The translations under genes were made by a program, and so were the position numbers. A stretch of 48,119 nt of DNA from Thermodesulfobacteriota bacterium (lineage in GTDB: Bacteria; Desulfobacterota_D; UBA1144; Nemesobacterales; JAJCZQ01): NCBI GenBank assembly GCA_965203965.1, contig CBDBDR010000009.1, positions 1-48,119 on the forward strand. The letters are read 5' to 3'. Below are positions 46,882-48,119 of this stretch, one piece after another. The notes beneath the pieces are model-generated. The model saw nothing but the letters and a program-made list of their open reading frames with translations, made no database searches and had not been told where the DNA came from. Every line of letters begins with the position of its first letter. Positions within the stretch are counted from its first letter, which is position 1.

Positions 46882-47087
46882 TAGGGACACGTTTGAAGTT
46901 AACCGAACTATGCGAAAAGCATAAAATAACTCCGACCAATTTAGCTAAACAGATTGGCGTTAGTTATGTTTCATTGTATAGATACAATAAAGACGCACGG
47001 TCAATTAGACAAACGACCGTGCGCGAATTAGCAAAATACTTTAAGCTAAACGCGGAAGAGCTATTTGAAAAAAAACATACGCCATAA
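46878..47087 (+). CDS. XRE/Cro-family helix-turn-helix protein
   Basis: LAKQIGVSYVSLYRY...LAKYFKLNAEELF. Confidence 0.85.
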   Translation: MIGTRLKLTELCEKHKITPTNLAKQIGVSYVSLYRYNKDARSIRQTTVRELAKYFKLNAEELFEKKHTP

Positions 47088-48119
47088 TGACTTTGTGGGC
47101 GTGGGACATTGAGTGCTTGTCAAATTATTTTTTAGTTATGGCAAAATCAACTGCCGGCGAAATTAAAACTTGGGAGTCTGATTCAATTATTGACTGGGGT
47201 GATAGTTTTGATGATTGGTTACGGTCAACATCCACGGTTGCCTTTAATTCTATTCATTATGATTTGCCGATGATTATGAGTACATTTGGAAATTTTGCAG
47301 ACGTGGGTGAATTAAAACAATTGTCTGATTCTATAATCGGAAGTCATAAAACACAAATGGAAGTTTATGGATATGCTAAGCAGATTGATCATATTGACTT
47401 ATTACTTTTGACGGGTGGTTTTTCAGGGCTTAAAGTTTATGGTTCTAGAATGCATTCTAAGAACTTAAAAGAAATGCCACAAATTCAAACCCGTGAGGAA
47501 GTAAAAAAGTATTGCTTGAACGATTTAGATATTACTTTAGATCTTTATAATACTTTCAAATCCCATATTGAAATACGAAAGACATTGTCTAAATTATACA
47601 ACATTCCAACATTACAGTATAAAGAGCCCGGGGTGTGCGAAAAAATAATGTCTAAATTATCTGGTGTTTCTAAATTTGATTCATTGCCAGCAAATCAAAA
47701 ATTTAAGTATGAAATCCCGGATAAATTAAAATTTGACAATATCTTTCTTAAAGGCTATACCAAGTTTATTTCGCAATTAGAATTTGAAGTTGTGAATTAC
47801 CGCATTGTAGTACCGCCGGAATTAAAAAATAAAACGCTAAGATTTGGCGGAAGCGTATTTAATTGTGGAATTGGGGGAATGCATTCACGGGAAAAAAATA
47901 TGGTTGTTGAGTCCACTAATAACATTCGTATCTTAAATATTGATGTAAGTTCGTACTACCCAATGTTAATGTTAAATTATAACCTTGGCGGAAATTTAGA
48001 AAAAAATAAAATCTTAGATACTTATCGGAGTATTTTGAAATTTCGGATGAAATCAAAAAAATCAGACCTTCCATCTGACAAAAAAATTGCTCAAGCCTTA
48101 AAACTGCCGATCAATTCAG
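47087..48119 (+). CDS. DNA polymerase family B, N-terminal part (3'-5' exonuclease and motif A); not in the ORF track
   Basis: MTLWAWDIE (ExoI), FNSIHYD (ExoII), YCLNDL (ExoIII), IDVSSYYP (motif A); ends KLPINS. TAATG coupling to the HTH gene. Confidence 0.9.
   Translation, partial: MTLWAWDIECLSNYFLVMAKSTAGEIKTWESDSIIDWGDSFDDWLRSTSTVAFNSIHYDLPMIMSTFGNFADVGELKQLSDSIIGSHKTQMEVYGYAKQIDHIDLLLLTGGFSGLKVYGSRMHSKNLKEMPQIQTREEVKKYCLNDLDITLDLYNTFKSHIEIRKTLSKLYNIPTLQYKEPGVCEKIMSKLSGVSKFDSLPANQKFKYEIPDKLKFDNIFLKGYTKFISQLEFEVVNYRIVVPPELKNKTLRFGGSVFNCGIGGMHSREKNMVVESTNNIRILNIDVSSYYPMLMLNYNLGGNLEKNKILDTYRSILKFRMKSKKSDLPSDKKIAQALKLPINS

Noticed and set aside
46878..47087. Lysogeny repressor implying a temperate phage
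   Set aside because: A lone short HTH inside the replication operon, with no integrase, partition genes or divergent switch.

Overview
The window looks like an essentially complete, circularly permuted, AT-rich siphovirus-type phage genome. A family-B DNA polymerase runs off the right end (47087-48119) and continues in frame at base 1 if the last G and first G are the same base. No integrase, tRNA, CRISPR array or reverse transcriptase was seen. Core genes: PolB, primase-polymerase/SF3 helicase, DUF2800-type exonuclease, DUF2815-type SSB, SNF2 helicase, VRR-NUC, lambda-type terminase and portal, fused protease-capsid, tail genes with a -1 frameshift chaperone, holin and M15 endolysin. Two systems stand out. 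(1) An unusual cytosine-hypermodification gene set: a T4 gp42-like dCMP hydroxymethylase, two T4 alpha-glucosyltransferase-like paralogues, an aGPT-Pplase1/HMUDK-helical-like protein, a HAD phosphatase-kinase fusion and a TagD-like cytidylyltransferase. (2) A dispersed hairpin + sigma70 promoter + RBS element (9 hairpin copies, about 22 promoter copies) that brackets single-gene cassettes which are duplicated, moved and tandemly amplified, including 9 identical 250-bp units encoding a 53-aa zinc finger. There is also a perfect 9 x 113-bp array and an iteron/inverted-repeat region upstream of terS. All family calls come from motif recognition by eye, not from database searches.
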